From an uncultured Methanosarcinaceae archaeon (GTDB lineage Archaea; Halobacteriota; Methanosarcinia; Methanosarcinales; Methanosarcinaceae): 64,000 nucleotides of DNA. Under the pieces are notes generated by a model, which was given only the letters and a program-made list of their open reading frames with translations, searched no databases and had not been told where the DNA came from. This document shows, piece after piece, positions 55,219-64,000 of this stretch. A program made the position numbers and the translations under genes. The DNA lies in contig CAVSHT010000005.1 in NCBI GenBank assembly GCA_963727895.1, forward strand, positions 224,001-288,000, given 5' to 3'. Within the stretch, counting starts at the first letter, position 1; the number at the start of each line of letters is the position of its first letter.

Positions 55219-56310
55219 TTACCAGACGCTGTTATTTTTTAAAGTTGCCAAAACATTTGTAAATTCATTACTAAATCTGCATTTCTCAAAGTCTGGAGAA
55301 TTCAAGATATTTCTCTTTATTTCCTGCAGTCCAATCAAGAGATTTATGTCATCAGTATACTCAAATCCTTCATCAGATGCGGTGAGATTTTCTGAAAGAA
55401 TTTCAAGAAGCTGAGGATCAAGGTCATTTGTAATATAAGTGTCCAGAATCAGAAGATCTGAAATTCTCTTATAGAAATCAATGAGTTCCTGGTAACTGGG
55501 TATAGGATAGGCTTTTGCCATCTGTTTTTGTCTGTTCAGGTAAATTAGATAACGTGAGATTATGCTTATAATGTTTTCAGTAATCTCTTTTTTAGGGAAT
55601 GCTATTGGGAATCTTTTCAGCATTTGTGAATTAAGGCTAACAGTATCACGTGCTCTATTATGATTCAATACCTCAGGAAATGCCCTTGATATTGAAGAAT
55701 TGAGTACAGCAGTAACATAATGATAGAGTGTAGGGTCTCCAAGAACTACTCCTACTCCATTTGCAAAGACGTGTTTTCCAGTCATGTCGTAAAAAGCATG
55801 CAAACGGGAGTCACTGGTGACTATTATTTTTGGTGTATTTACATAATGCAGGAAACTTTCGTTCTCAAATCGGTAATCGGCAGAAATAAGTTCCTGTTTT
55901 TCAACTTCGGATTGCTGTCTAATTTCCATTAGCTGTTTATAAGCTACGGGAAACTTTGCTTTTAGTTCCTCTGGCTGAAATATTCTGTATTCTTTCCTTA
56001 TGCTGTTATCGAGAATTTCATAAGGTAACATAAACTGATACTGAGTTGACTGTACTGCAAATTCATTTGAAAATGAGCCGTCTACATAAGGATACATTAG
56101 TTCTTTTTCTATGCTTATCTGTTCTATGCTTGCACTCATCGAGTCCCTGCGAATGCAGGATGTATCTGTGCAGCTATCTCTAGAAAGGCCAGCTTTTTGC
56201 AAAAAATCATTTTTGGGGGGTACACCTTCAAAGACTTCTATTGAGATATCTTCAAGGGTTCGATTGATCTTGCTCAGCCTTTCTACAATATAGGCCTTAT
56301 TCCATAACAT
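55219..56310 (-). CDS. Stand-alone TaqI-like C-terminal target-recognition domain protein
   Basis: FMLPY, FPVAY, PKIIV..AFYD..G..F, YVTAVLNS, LKRFPI; no methyltransferase motifs seen. Confidence 0.6.
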   Translation of the reverse strand: MLWNKAYIVERLSKINRTLEDISIEVFEGVPPKNDFLQKAGLSRDSCTDTSCIRRDSMSASIEQISIEKELMYPYVDGSFSNEFAVQSTQYQFMLPYEILDNSIRKEYRIFQPEELKAKFPVAYKQLMEIRQQSEVEKQELISADYRFENESFLHYVNTPKIIVTSDSRLHAFYDMTGKHVFANGVGVVLGDPTLYHYVTAVLNSSISRAFPEVLNHNRARDTVSLNSQMLKRFPIAFPKKEITENIISIISRYLIYLNRQKQMAKAYPIPSYQELIDFYKRISDLLILDTYITNDLDPQLLEILSENLTASDEGFEYTDDINLLIGLQEIKRNILNSPDFEKCRFSNEFTNVLATLKNNSVW

Positions 56311-56606
56311 ATATTCACTTCTTTTTTATATATAGGAAATTCTGGGTAAAATAATTTCTTTGTCGGTTGGATGCTCAAAAATTATTTTTTAATTTTTAGA
56401 GGAATCTTATTTTAACACCTAAGAATTACCATATCAAATACTTTGAATCTACCTCTTAATATAATAATGTATCTATAATAGCGGTTAACAATTAAAAAAG
56501 GATATTTATATAAACGATCAATAAGAGTCGATGATATTAATTAAATAATTTCTCCCATACAAAATGAGTTTTTTGGAGATTAAAGAAAAAATGTGAGGTT
56601 TACAAA

Positions 56607-57888
56607 CTAGAAATGACTTTTAATGTCATTCTTGCATTTTCCAGCATATTATAGTCGTTATTAAAATAAATGTAAACCTTTTTAGGTCCCAATATACAGA
56701 TTTTCCTGATGGTTTCGCTAATTTCTGCCTGGGAATAGTTATAACTGTACCATTCTTCTCTCCCATGCATCCGCATATAACAGTTTTCCGGAGAATATAT
56801 GGTTTATGTAATCCGTTGAGTCTATAGACACAAGGATCACTTTTTTCATATACATGCTTCATCATTTCCAAGAAGTTTTTCATTCCTGATATAGAAAGCA
56901 AAACCTTTCTCCAAGTTTTGCAGCTTCTGCAAACCTGAATACCCTTGAAACATCATCGAATTTGAGAGGACACTTGAAATAGGTAAAAATCAACTAGATG
57001 ATCCATTGGCCTGAAAAGTTTCAGAAAACTTCCAGGATCTCAAGGGAACTTTCATGAAGCTGATGCCAGTGAGTTATAGACCTGTGGACCTTTATGCTTC
57101 ACCTGAGTTTTTTTCTTTTCTGTTCCAGCCTTCAACTTGGTCATACGACGGAAATCTATAATTGGTATTGTTAACTAAACATAGTTAACTCTTTATTTCT
57201 GTATTTCATCAATAGAATAACCTAGTACTTTAGCATTTCAAGACTTTTTTATAACACTTTGTCTTTCTTCTCAATCTTGCCAGAAAATGCTTCAATATGC
57301 TGTTATATCCTTCAACAGTATACGTTTTTGCTTTGGATTGAGTATGGATCTTTTCTGGAAGAAACTCTGCATATGCCCTCCAGTGATCTGTCATCACTTC
57401 TCCAATCTCTTTTTTCTTCAATTTTTCCCAGAGTAGTTTTCCAGTTTCTGTTCCTCTGCTACCAAAAGAGCAGTTGATAAACTTTTTCCCAACTCTATCA
57501 ACAGCAATCCAGATCCAGCAATATTTTTTTTGTTACCGATGTAAGTGTGCATCTTTGGACAGAAACATGACTTACCCCTAAAACTCTTCCTATTGAACGA
57601 AAGCCCAATCCTTCAACATAGAGTTGTAAAGCCTGTCTTTTTACAGAAGCGGAAAAAGCAGTTGATTTTAGCTCTACTGTATAGTTATATCCACAATCAT
57701 GGCATTTGTAGCGTTGACGCCCACCAACTATACCGTTCTTTTTGTGACTGGAACTATTGCATCTGGGGCAGTTAATGAAGAAATAGAGGTTCTCATAATA
57801 AATAACTATAGTTAATTAGCAAAGCCCTATAATTTTCTTTTTATTCCAATCATAGTACCACCCCACTTGTGCCTACAAAATAATCCAT
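56607..57888 (-). pseudogene. DUF72 (YecE-like) protein, frameshifted and interrupted by IS1
   Basis: MDYFVGTSG.YYDW on one side of the IS; YRFP, SIKVHRSITH, RMHGREEWYSYNYS, VYIYFNND on the other. Confidence 0.75.
57164..57826 (-). mobile_element. IS1 family element, copy 5; internal deletion, start lost, 8-bp TSD
   Basis: Flanked by CTATAATT at 57156-57163 and 57827-57834; deletion near 57553. Confidence 0.92.
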
Positions 57889-57943
57889 ACAGTTCTCTAA
57901 TATAATAATACCAGATCTATTCTCATTTCATGATTAGAAAGTT

Positions 57944-57975
57944 AGGCAGTTCACATCCTTATCAATGAACTGCCT
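57944..57975. terminator. Hairpin downstream of the PKD gene
   Basis: AGGCAGTTCA-N12-TGAACTGCCT. Confidence 0.45.
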
Positions 57976-58082
57976 CCCATTCTTGCTTTTCTAGTTGTTT
58001 ATCATTAAAGCAAGCAACTAGAGCTCCCAATAATTTACTGTAGACAACTTACCTCATTTATTGGTTTTTATGACTGACAAGA

Positions 58083-60752
58083 TCACCTTGCAACCAGTAC
58101 TATCTTGCTTGCTGTACTTGATTTCCCGCTATTAGTTGCAGTTAATTTCACAGTAAAAATTCCTATTGTTTTATATGTATGACTTGGGTTTGACTCAGTG
58201 GTTGTCGGACTATTGTCTCCAAAGTCCCACTTTAATGAAGTTGTATTTGTGGATGTATCTGTGAACTTAACTGTGAGAGGAACATGCCCAATCTGAGGTA
58301 CTGCTGTAAAACTTGCTGTTGGCAACCCAGTTATTGCAGTGACAGTTATTGCCTTACTTATAGTATTGGTACCATCTGTATTGCTTACAGTCAGATTAGT
58401 TATGTAATTCCCTGCAGTATTATAGGTGTGTGTTGAATTTGTATCGGTAGATGTGGAACCATCACCAAATTCCCAGTTCCATTTATTTGGATCGTTACTG
58501 GATGTATCATTAAACTGAACCATGAGCGATCCAATCTGTGTTGCAGTAAAGTTTGCAACTGGGGGTGTTGGTACACGGTTTACTGTAATATTCATTGATT
58601 TTACACCGCTTGAACCGTCACTATTTTTTGCAACCAGTGTAACCTTGTAAACACCGACTCCGCTGAATGTATGTTCAGGATTCTTAACTGTTGATGTTTG
58701 ACTATCTCCAAAATTCCATTCCCACTTAGTTGGACTATTAGTGGATGTATCAGTAAACTTCACATTAAGAGGAGTTGTTCCTTCTGTCGTATTTGCAGTA
58801 AAGTTTGCAACTGGTGGCGTTGGTGCACGGTTTACAGTTATATTTATAGATTTAATATTGCTTGAACCGTCACCATTTACTGCAATAAGAGTAACATTGT
58901 AAACACCTACTTCATTAAATGTGTGTTCAGGATTCTGAACTGTAGATGTCTGACTATCTCCAAAATTCCAGTTCCATTTAGTTGGTTTGTTGGTGGATGT
59001 GTCAGTAAATTTCACAGTAAGAGGAGTTGTTCCTTCAGTCTTGTCTGCAGTGAAGCTTGCAACCGGTGGTGTCAGCATACTGTTGACGGTGATAACCATT
59101 AACCTTGCATCACTTGAAACGCCAGCGTTTGTTGCAACTAAGGTAACATTGTATGTTCCTTCCTTACTGAATACATGTACAGGATTTTGCTCGGTTGAAT
59201 TGGTTCCATCTCCAAAGTTCCATTCCCATTTGACTGGATTATTTGTAGACATATCAGTAAACTTAACAGTAAGGGCTGCAGTAAAGTATGCATCTGGGGA
59301 TTTTAATTCTGATTTCGAAGCATAGACAGTATTTCCATCTGGACCTATGTTAATCCTATTTCCATTAGGGTCTGGTTCATTAGAATAATCCGATAAAGGA
59401 TCTCCGGCATCGATACATGGAGAACTTATACTGTCATTTTCCCAACTACTTTCATTCCAACGTCCTGTTTTTGATTTTAAATGATAATCATGATTGTTTC
59501 TGTCTGCATACTGTGGATCTGCCAATATATCTGTAGCTGACGCGCTTACATTTGAATAATCGCTTCCAGAATTATTATATAAACAGTTATTATTTAAAAC
59601 AAAAGAGTGCGTATTTGTGAGTAAATTTGATATGCCAGATCCATTTCCTCCGGCTGATGAATTTTGAGTGTTTGTTATAATGTTATTTTTTACTGTAATT
59701 ACATATCCAGAGCCATCCAAAGATGAAGAAGAATACACATTTTTTTGTGCAATGGCAGATCCATAAGCTCCATCAATCACATTATTTTCAATAGTAGCAT
59801 TGAATCCATCGGACACGATTCCCCCTATTTCGTTACGGTTGGAGGCAATCCCGGTATCATAAATCTTGTTATGGTGAACGTGGACATTTGTCGAGGAATT
59901 TACATAAGATCCTGATCCAAAAATCCAGATTCCAGAAAGCATAGTCCTGTATATCGTGTTATTATATACTTCAATATTGTCCATTTTATAATCTGTTCCT
60001 GCTTTCTGAATTTCGATTCCTGCACCTCCAGAACCTTCAGATGTGATATTATTGTTGTAAAAAGTCACATTATTTGTGTTGTAAACTCTTAGTCCACTGT
60101 TTATTCTGCATATTATCTTATTGTTGTAAGCCTCAACATCTGAACATTTAATGGTTGATAGAACATCATGTCCGAGTAAATGTGCCCCATTGTCATGGAA
60201 TTTTATGTTAGAACTCCTATTAACTCTTAGACCATCTCCATGGCTATTAGTCATGTACATATTACTTACATCAATATTTTGACAATTACTCAAGTAAATA
60301 AAATTGTAGTAACTTTTTCCACTAGTAACGTCATCGTTTCCTTCGCGGTTTCCATCAATAGTAAAATTTTTGATAGTAATATTATGGTTTCCATCGCTAT
60401 TCATTTGTGTAATTAAAGGCTTGTCTACCGGCCAACCTGCATGATCAGCTAGTTTAATTACGGAATTGGGGTCGCCTTCAAGAGTGGTATTATTACCAAT
60501 TAGAAGTGTATCATTAACAACATATGTGAATGGCCCTTTAAGGAAAACAGTTGTATATTCGGGATTAGTTGCCACAAACTCTAGGGCCTGATTTATCTGT
60601 ACGTTATCATTTGTTCCAGTACAATTAAAATCACCATTACCATTCCCAGAAACGTATACTATCGGTGCATATGTTGTACACATAACAGTAGGAATGTTCA
60701 TTAGTATGAATAGACATACAAGAAAAGAAAACAAAAGCTTTCGACTTTTCAT
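58083..60752 (-). CDS. Secreted beta-helix (disaggregatase-related) protein with 5 PKD domains
   Basis: Signal peptide; beta-helix repeats; DYHLKS..SPCIDAG; five W(N/E/D)FGD PKD units. Confidence 0.92.
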   Translation of the reverse strand: MKSRKLLFSFLVCLFILMNIPTVMCTTYAPIVYVSGNGNGDFNCTGTNDNVQINQALEFVATNPEYTTVFLKGPFTYVVNDTLLIGNNTTLEGDPNSVIKLADHAGWPVDKPLITQMNSDGNHNITIKNFTIDGNREGNDDVTSGKSYYNFIYLSNCQNIDVSNMYMTNSHGDGLRVNRSSNIKFHDNGAHLLGHDVLSTIKCSDVEAYNNKIICRINSGLRVYNTNNVTFYNNNITSEGSGGAGIEIQKAGTDYKMDNIEVYNNTIYRTMLSGIWIFGSGSYVNSSTNVHVHHNKIYDTGIASNRNEIGGIVSDGFNATIENNVIDGAYGSAIAQKNVYSSSSLDGSGYVITVKNNIITNTQNSSAGGNGSGISNLLTNTHSFVLNNNCLYNNSGSDYSNVSASATDILADPQYADRNNHDYHLKSKTGRWNESSWENDSISSPCIDAGDPLSDYSNEPDPNGNRINIGPDGNTVYASKSELKSPDAYFTAALTVKFTDMSTNNPVKWEWNFGDGTNSTEQNPVHVFSKEGTYNVTLVATNAGVSSDARLMVITVNSMLTPPVASFTADKTEGTTPLTVKFTDTSTNKPTKWNWNFGDSQTSTVQNPEHTFNEVGVYNVTLIAVNGDGSSNIKSINITVNRAPTPPVANFTANTTEGTTPLNVKFTDTSTNSPTKWEWNFGDSQTSTVKNPEHTFSGVGVYKVTLVAKNSDGSSGVKSMNITVNRVPTPPVANFTATQIGSLMVQFNDTSSNDPNKWNWEFGDGSTSTDTNSTHTYNTAGNYITNLTVSNTDGTNTISKAITVTAITGLPTASFTAVPQIGHVPLTVKFTDTSTNTTSLKWDFGDNSPTTTESNPSHTYKTIGIFTVKLTATNSGKSSTASKIVLVAR

Positions 60753-61378
60753 TTATTTACCTCTGTTATTGATTATTTGATGTAAAAAATATTTGGAATA
60801 TGTTGGGTTACTTAGTTTACAATCAATAATGTCTCAATAGGGGGCATAATTTCTTAAATATATTAAACTGTAATGTGGGTTTTAAGTTAGTTTCTGTGAT
60901 ATTGTAAATTTGAACTAAGAGCACATTCCAAAAATCAAAATCTGTTTTTGAACTTTGTTTTTCGATAATCAATCAAGTTCATAGTCCTGAAACTAATATT
61001 CTGAAACCTCTTGACGATAAAGAACAAAGGTGGTTTCTGGAAGGTCAGATAGGATAACTCTTCATGAATATCACTGCAATGTGAAAGAAAAAATGCCCTC
61101 AAACAATATAAAAATTTTGATTTAGTGCTAAAAACAAAATTGAATTGATTTGAGGGATAAATCAAAAAATGTTAATAAACAAAATCAAAATCTTGGAAGG
61201 TTGGGTTTATACTTTCAATCCATAAAGTTAAAAAAGTAATAGCCAATGTTGAGACCAACTCCTATAATAATAGTCAACATTTTCAATCATATTATGTATC
61301 ATATGAATATTTTCCTAACCACAAATAATATTATAATTTTATTAGAAAATCATGACTTAAAGTATGTTTTCAATTTTC

Positions 61379-61588
61379 TTTATTACTATGGGAGCGCAGA
61401 GGGTCACGAATACCCTGACCTTTAGAGGCTGTCCGACAATTTATTGGTAGTAATAAAAAAGCGCTAAAAAGAAAGCAAATAAGACCTTTAAATATAAAAA
61501 GAGAATTCTTTGATTACCGAAGGTAATTGTCGGACAGCCTCTTTAGGTCGGGGATGAAATGAACCCTCTGCACTCCCATAGTAATAAA
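61379..61588. mobile_element. Palindromic IS200/IS605-type mini element carrying a 117-bp MITE at 61425-61541
   Basis: Outer IR TTTATTACTATGGGAGYGCAGAGGG; inner stem CCCTGACC/GGTCGGGG; inner TIR with TTTA duplication. Confidence 0.85.
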
Positions 61589-62002
61589 CTTTATTTGAGA
61601 TTTAATATCAAATAAAACATAAAAATTAGAGGTTTGATACTTATTAGGACTTATTAAGGAGTTATATGCCAAAAAATACCATATATCTTTTTTCGATTTT
61701 TCGATTTATAGAAGAAATTAAAAAATGGCTGAAAGGTAGTGTATCAAATGTTCTGTAAATCCAAAGTCAAATTTTTAGATACTGAGCATAATTCAGTTCT
61801 TTTAACATTGAATTCTCAAGCTAGCAACTAAGTATGATTTATAATTTATAATTTTGTATATATATATTGAAACAATACTAATAATCAGATTGACAGAATA
61901 ATTAAATGAAAAATTAGTAAGAAAAAATCATAAAATTAAGGTTTCAACATTATTTTTTTAGATCTATTCTTTTAGATACTCTAAGAGTTTATTTATCTTC
62001 TT

Positions 62003-62161
62003 TTATTCATTCTTCAGTTTCATTGGCTCTCCACAACAGTCAATATCCCCGACACATCCTATACTGCAGCTATCGCCTTTGCACTCATTTATCACTTTAA
62101 ATTCAAGCCCGCATCTCTCACAAACAAGAGTTTGACCATCCCTCAGTTCTCTATAGTTCAT
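62003..62161 (-). CDS. 52-aa desulforedoxin-like Cys-rich small protein (not in ORF track)
   Basis: MNYRELRDGQTLVCERCGLEFKVINECKGDSCSIGCVGDIDCCGEPMKLKNE; SD GAGGTGA 6 nt upstream. Confidence 0.82.
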   Translation of the reverse strand: MNYRELRDGQTLVCERCGLEFKVINECKGDSCSIGCVGDIDCCGEPMKLKNE

Positions 62162-62349
62162 TCCATATCACCTCACAATACAATATAGAAAAAGTATGTA
62201 ATTCAGGTTCAAATTACTTATGAAACAATAATTTTGAAGAGTAATTTTAAAGATTGACTGATTTGTGAGCTTAATACAAATAGAAAGATTAAGGGACAGA
62301 AAGAATATATAAATTCGTGAACAGGGCTCTAAGCCGAAATAAGGGCATA

Positions 62350-63681
62350 TCAAAGTTTTTCTTCGTGGCTCTTCCTTGCAACACAACTTTCAAGTGATGC
62401 ACTTGAAACAGCTTTTGCAACCGCAGGTACTACACGCTTGTCCAACGGATCAGGAATTATATGATCTTCTGAAAGCTCTCTGATTGTTATAACCTCTGCA
62501 AGCGCGTGAGCTGCAGCCGTTTCCATTTCAGATGTTATTTTCCTTGCACAGGTACTGAGAGCTCCTTTGAAAACTCCCGGGAAACTTAGGCAGTTATTAA
62601 GCTGGTTTGGAAAATCCGATCGTCCTGTAGCAACAACCCTTGCCCCTGCACGTTTTGCAGTATCGGGCATTATCTCAGGCAAAGGATTAGCCATGGCTAT
62701 TACAATTGCATCTTTTGCCATAGAACGAATCATGTTCTCAGTAACTATGCCTCCTACTGAGACTCCAATAAAGAGGTCAGCTCCTTGTAAGGCATTTTCG
62801 AGTCCTCCATTCAGTTTTTCAGGGTTTGTAAGCCTGGCAATTTCCTTTTTTATAGAGTTCATACCATTTTTTCGACCTTCATATACCAATCCTTTGCTGT
62901 CGCTAGTAATAATTTTTGCAGGATCAGCTCCCTCTCTGATTAAGAACCGAAAAATTGCAACTCCTGCAGCTCCAATTCCTGAAATTACTATTTTGAGGTA
63001 TTTTAATTCTTTATTAACAATATTAAGAATCTTGAGAAGTCCCGCAAAAAGTACAATAGCTGTTCCATGCTGATCGTCATGCATAACTGGCAAATCCAGT
63101 TCTTCACGCAGCCTGGATTCAATTTCAAAGCATCGCGGGGCACTGATATCTTCAAGGTTAATGCCCCCAAAAACAGGGGCAAGATGTTTTACCGCTTTTA
63201 TGATTTCTTCAGTTTCCTGAGTATCAAGGCAGATGGGGAAAGCATCAATACCTGCAAATTCCTTAAAAATAATTGCTTTTCCTTCCATTACAGGCAGAGC
63301 AGCATAAGGTCCTATATTCCCAAGTCCAAGAACTGCTGACCCATCGGTGATGACAGCTACAGTATTTCTCTTCAGAGTATAGAGATAGACAAGTTCCTGG
63401 TCCTCGCTTATTTTCCTGCACGGCTCGGCAACCCCTGGGGTATAAGCAACGCTGAGATCGTGTATTGTTTGAAGGGGGACTTTACTTGCAACTTCCAGTA
63501 CACCCCCAAAATTTCTGTGCATGGCAAGTGATTCCCTGTATAAAGACTGGTGTGCCTCACTTTCGTTCTCCGGGTCTTTTTTATGGTTTTTTTCAGGCTG
63601 TTTTTCCTGATTTCTTCCGGAATGTTTTTCTAGGTTCTTTCCTGGAGACTTTAAAAGATCCTCTACAGAATCTTTTTTCAT
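62350..63681 (-). CDS. NAD(P)-dependent malic enzyme
   Basis: AYTPGVA, DGSAVLGLGNIG, PVMEGK, INLEDI, HDDQHGTA, ATGRSDFPNQ; start uncertain. Confidence 0.93.
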   Translation of the reverse strand: MKKDSVEDLLKSPGKNLEKHSGRNQEKQPEKNHKKDPENESEAHQSLYRESLAMHRNFGGVLEVASKVPLQTIHDLSVAYTPGVAEPCRKISEDQELVYLYTLKRNTVAVITDGSAVLGLGNIGPYAALPVMEGKAIIFKEFAGIDAFPICLDTQETEEIIKAVKHLAPVFGGINLEDISAPRCFEIESRLREELDLPVMHDDQHGTAIVLFAGLLKILNIVNKELKYLKIVISGIGAAGVAIFRFLIREGADPAKIITSDSKGLVYEGRKNGMNSIKKEIARLTNPEKLNGGLENALQGADLFIGVSVGGIVTENMIRSMAKDAIVIAMANPLPEIMPDTAKRAGARVVATGRSDFPNQLNNCLSFPGVFKGALSTCARKITSEMETAAAHALAEVITIRELSEDHIIPDPLDKRVVPAVAKAVSSASLESCVARKSHEEKL

Positions 63682-63915
63682 GTTTTCCGCCAGACCTGAA
63701 ACAGACTTTATTTCTTTGATCTCAACACCCCCTAAAAATTGAACATTCCCTGTAATATTTAGCATTAAGAGCGAATTCTTAACCAGAATAAGCTCTAAGA
63801 TAAAAAATTCTTGTGTCAGTAATGTTGTGCTAATAATATTTTCTCAAGCCGTAAATAAACTCACTGGTCTATAATTAAAGAAGTGGTTCACTTGAGAGTA
63901 AATAATCCTAAATTT

Positions 63916-64000
63916 GGTATTGTTAACTAAACATAGTTAACTCTTTATTTCTGTATTTCATCAATAGAATAACCTAGTACTTTAGCATTTCAAGACTCTT
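63916..64000 (-). mobile_element. IS1 family element end, copy 6 (runs off window)
   Basis: Near identical to 57164-57248. Confidence 0.88.

Noticed and set aside
60935..61165. 76-aa minus-strand ORF upstream of the PKD gene
   Set aside because: No recognisable motif or SD; cannot be supported without a search

Overview
AT-rich archaeal chromosomal segment, most consistent with Methanosarcina (archaeal GHMP shikimate kinase, diphthamide genes, type II GAPDH, Cam-type carbonic anhydrase, beta-helix/PKD surface proteins, archaeal IS1 elements). The taxon is inferred from gene content, not from a search. 1-16 kb is mostly housekeeping (aroK, chorismate mutase, purE, dph5/dph6, Trx/TrxR, TPR proteins) with two 24-bp tandem arrays flanking a TPR gene. 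At 17.5-19.8 kb, aIF-1A, which probably starts at a non-canonical CTG, lies between two intact and one decayed CxxC-x17-CxxC zinc-ribbon genes. These share a conserved, apparently structured 5' leader, the best candidate here for an undescribed regulatory system. 28-64 kb is an accessory, decaying region: nested IS630/ISAzo13/IS1, six IS1 copies, two MITE-like families (one inserted in the loop of IS200/IS605-type hairpins), a partly decayed polyphosphate/Ca2+ cluster (PPK2, CYTH-CHAD, P-type ATPase, CAX), a 70-bp template-switch inversion, an orphan TaqI-like specificity domain and an unlisted 52-aa 7-Cys protein. ilvB-like, cam and gap carry single frameshifts that could be real or sequencing errors. 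No rRNA, tRNA or CRISPR array was recognised. All calls come from reading motifs by eye; no alignment, folding or database search was run.
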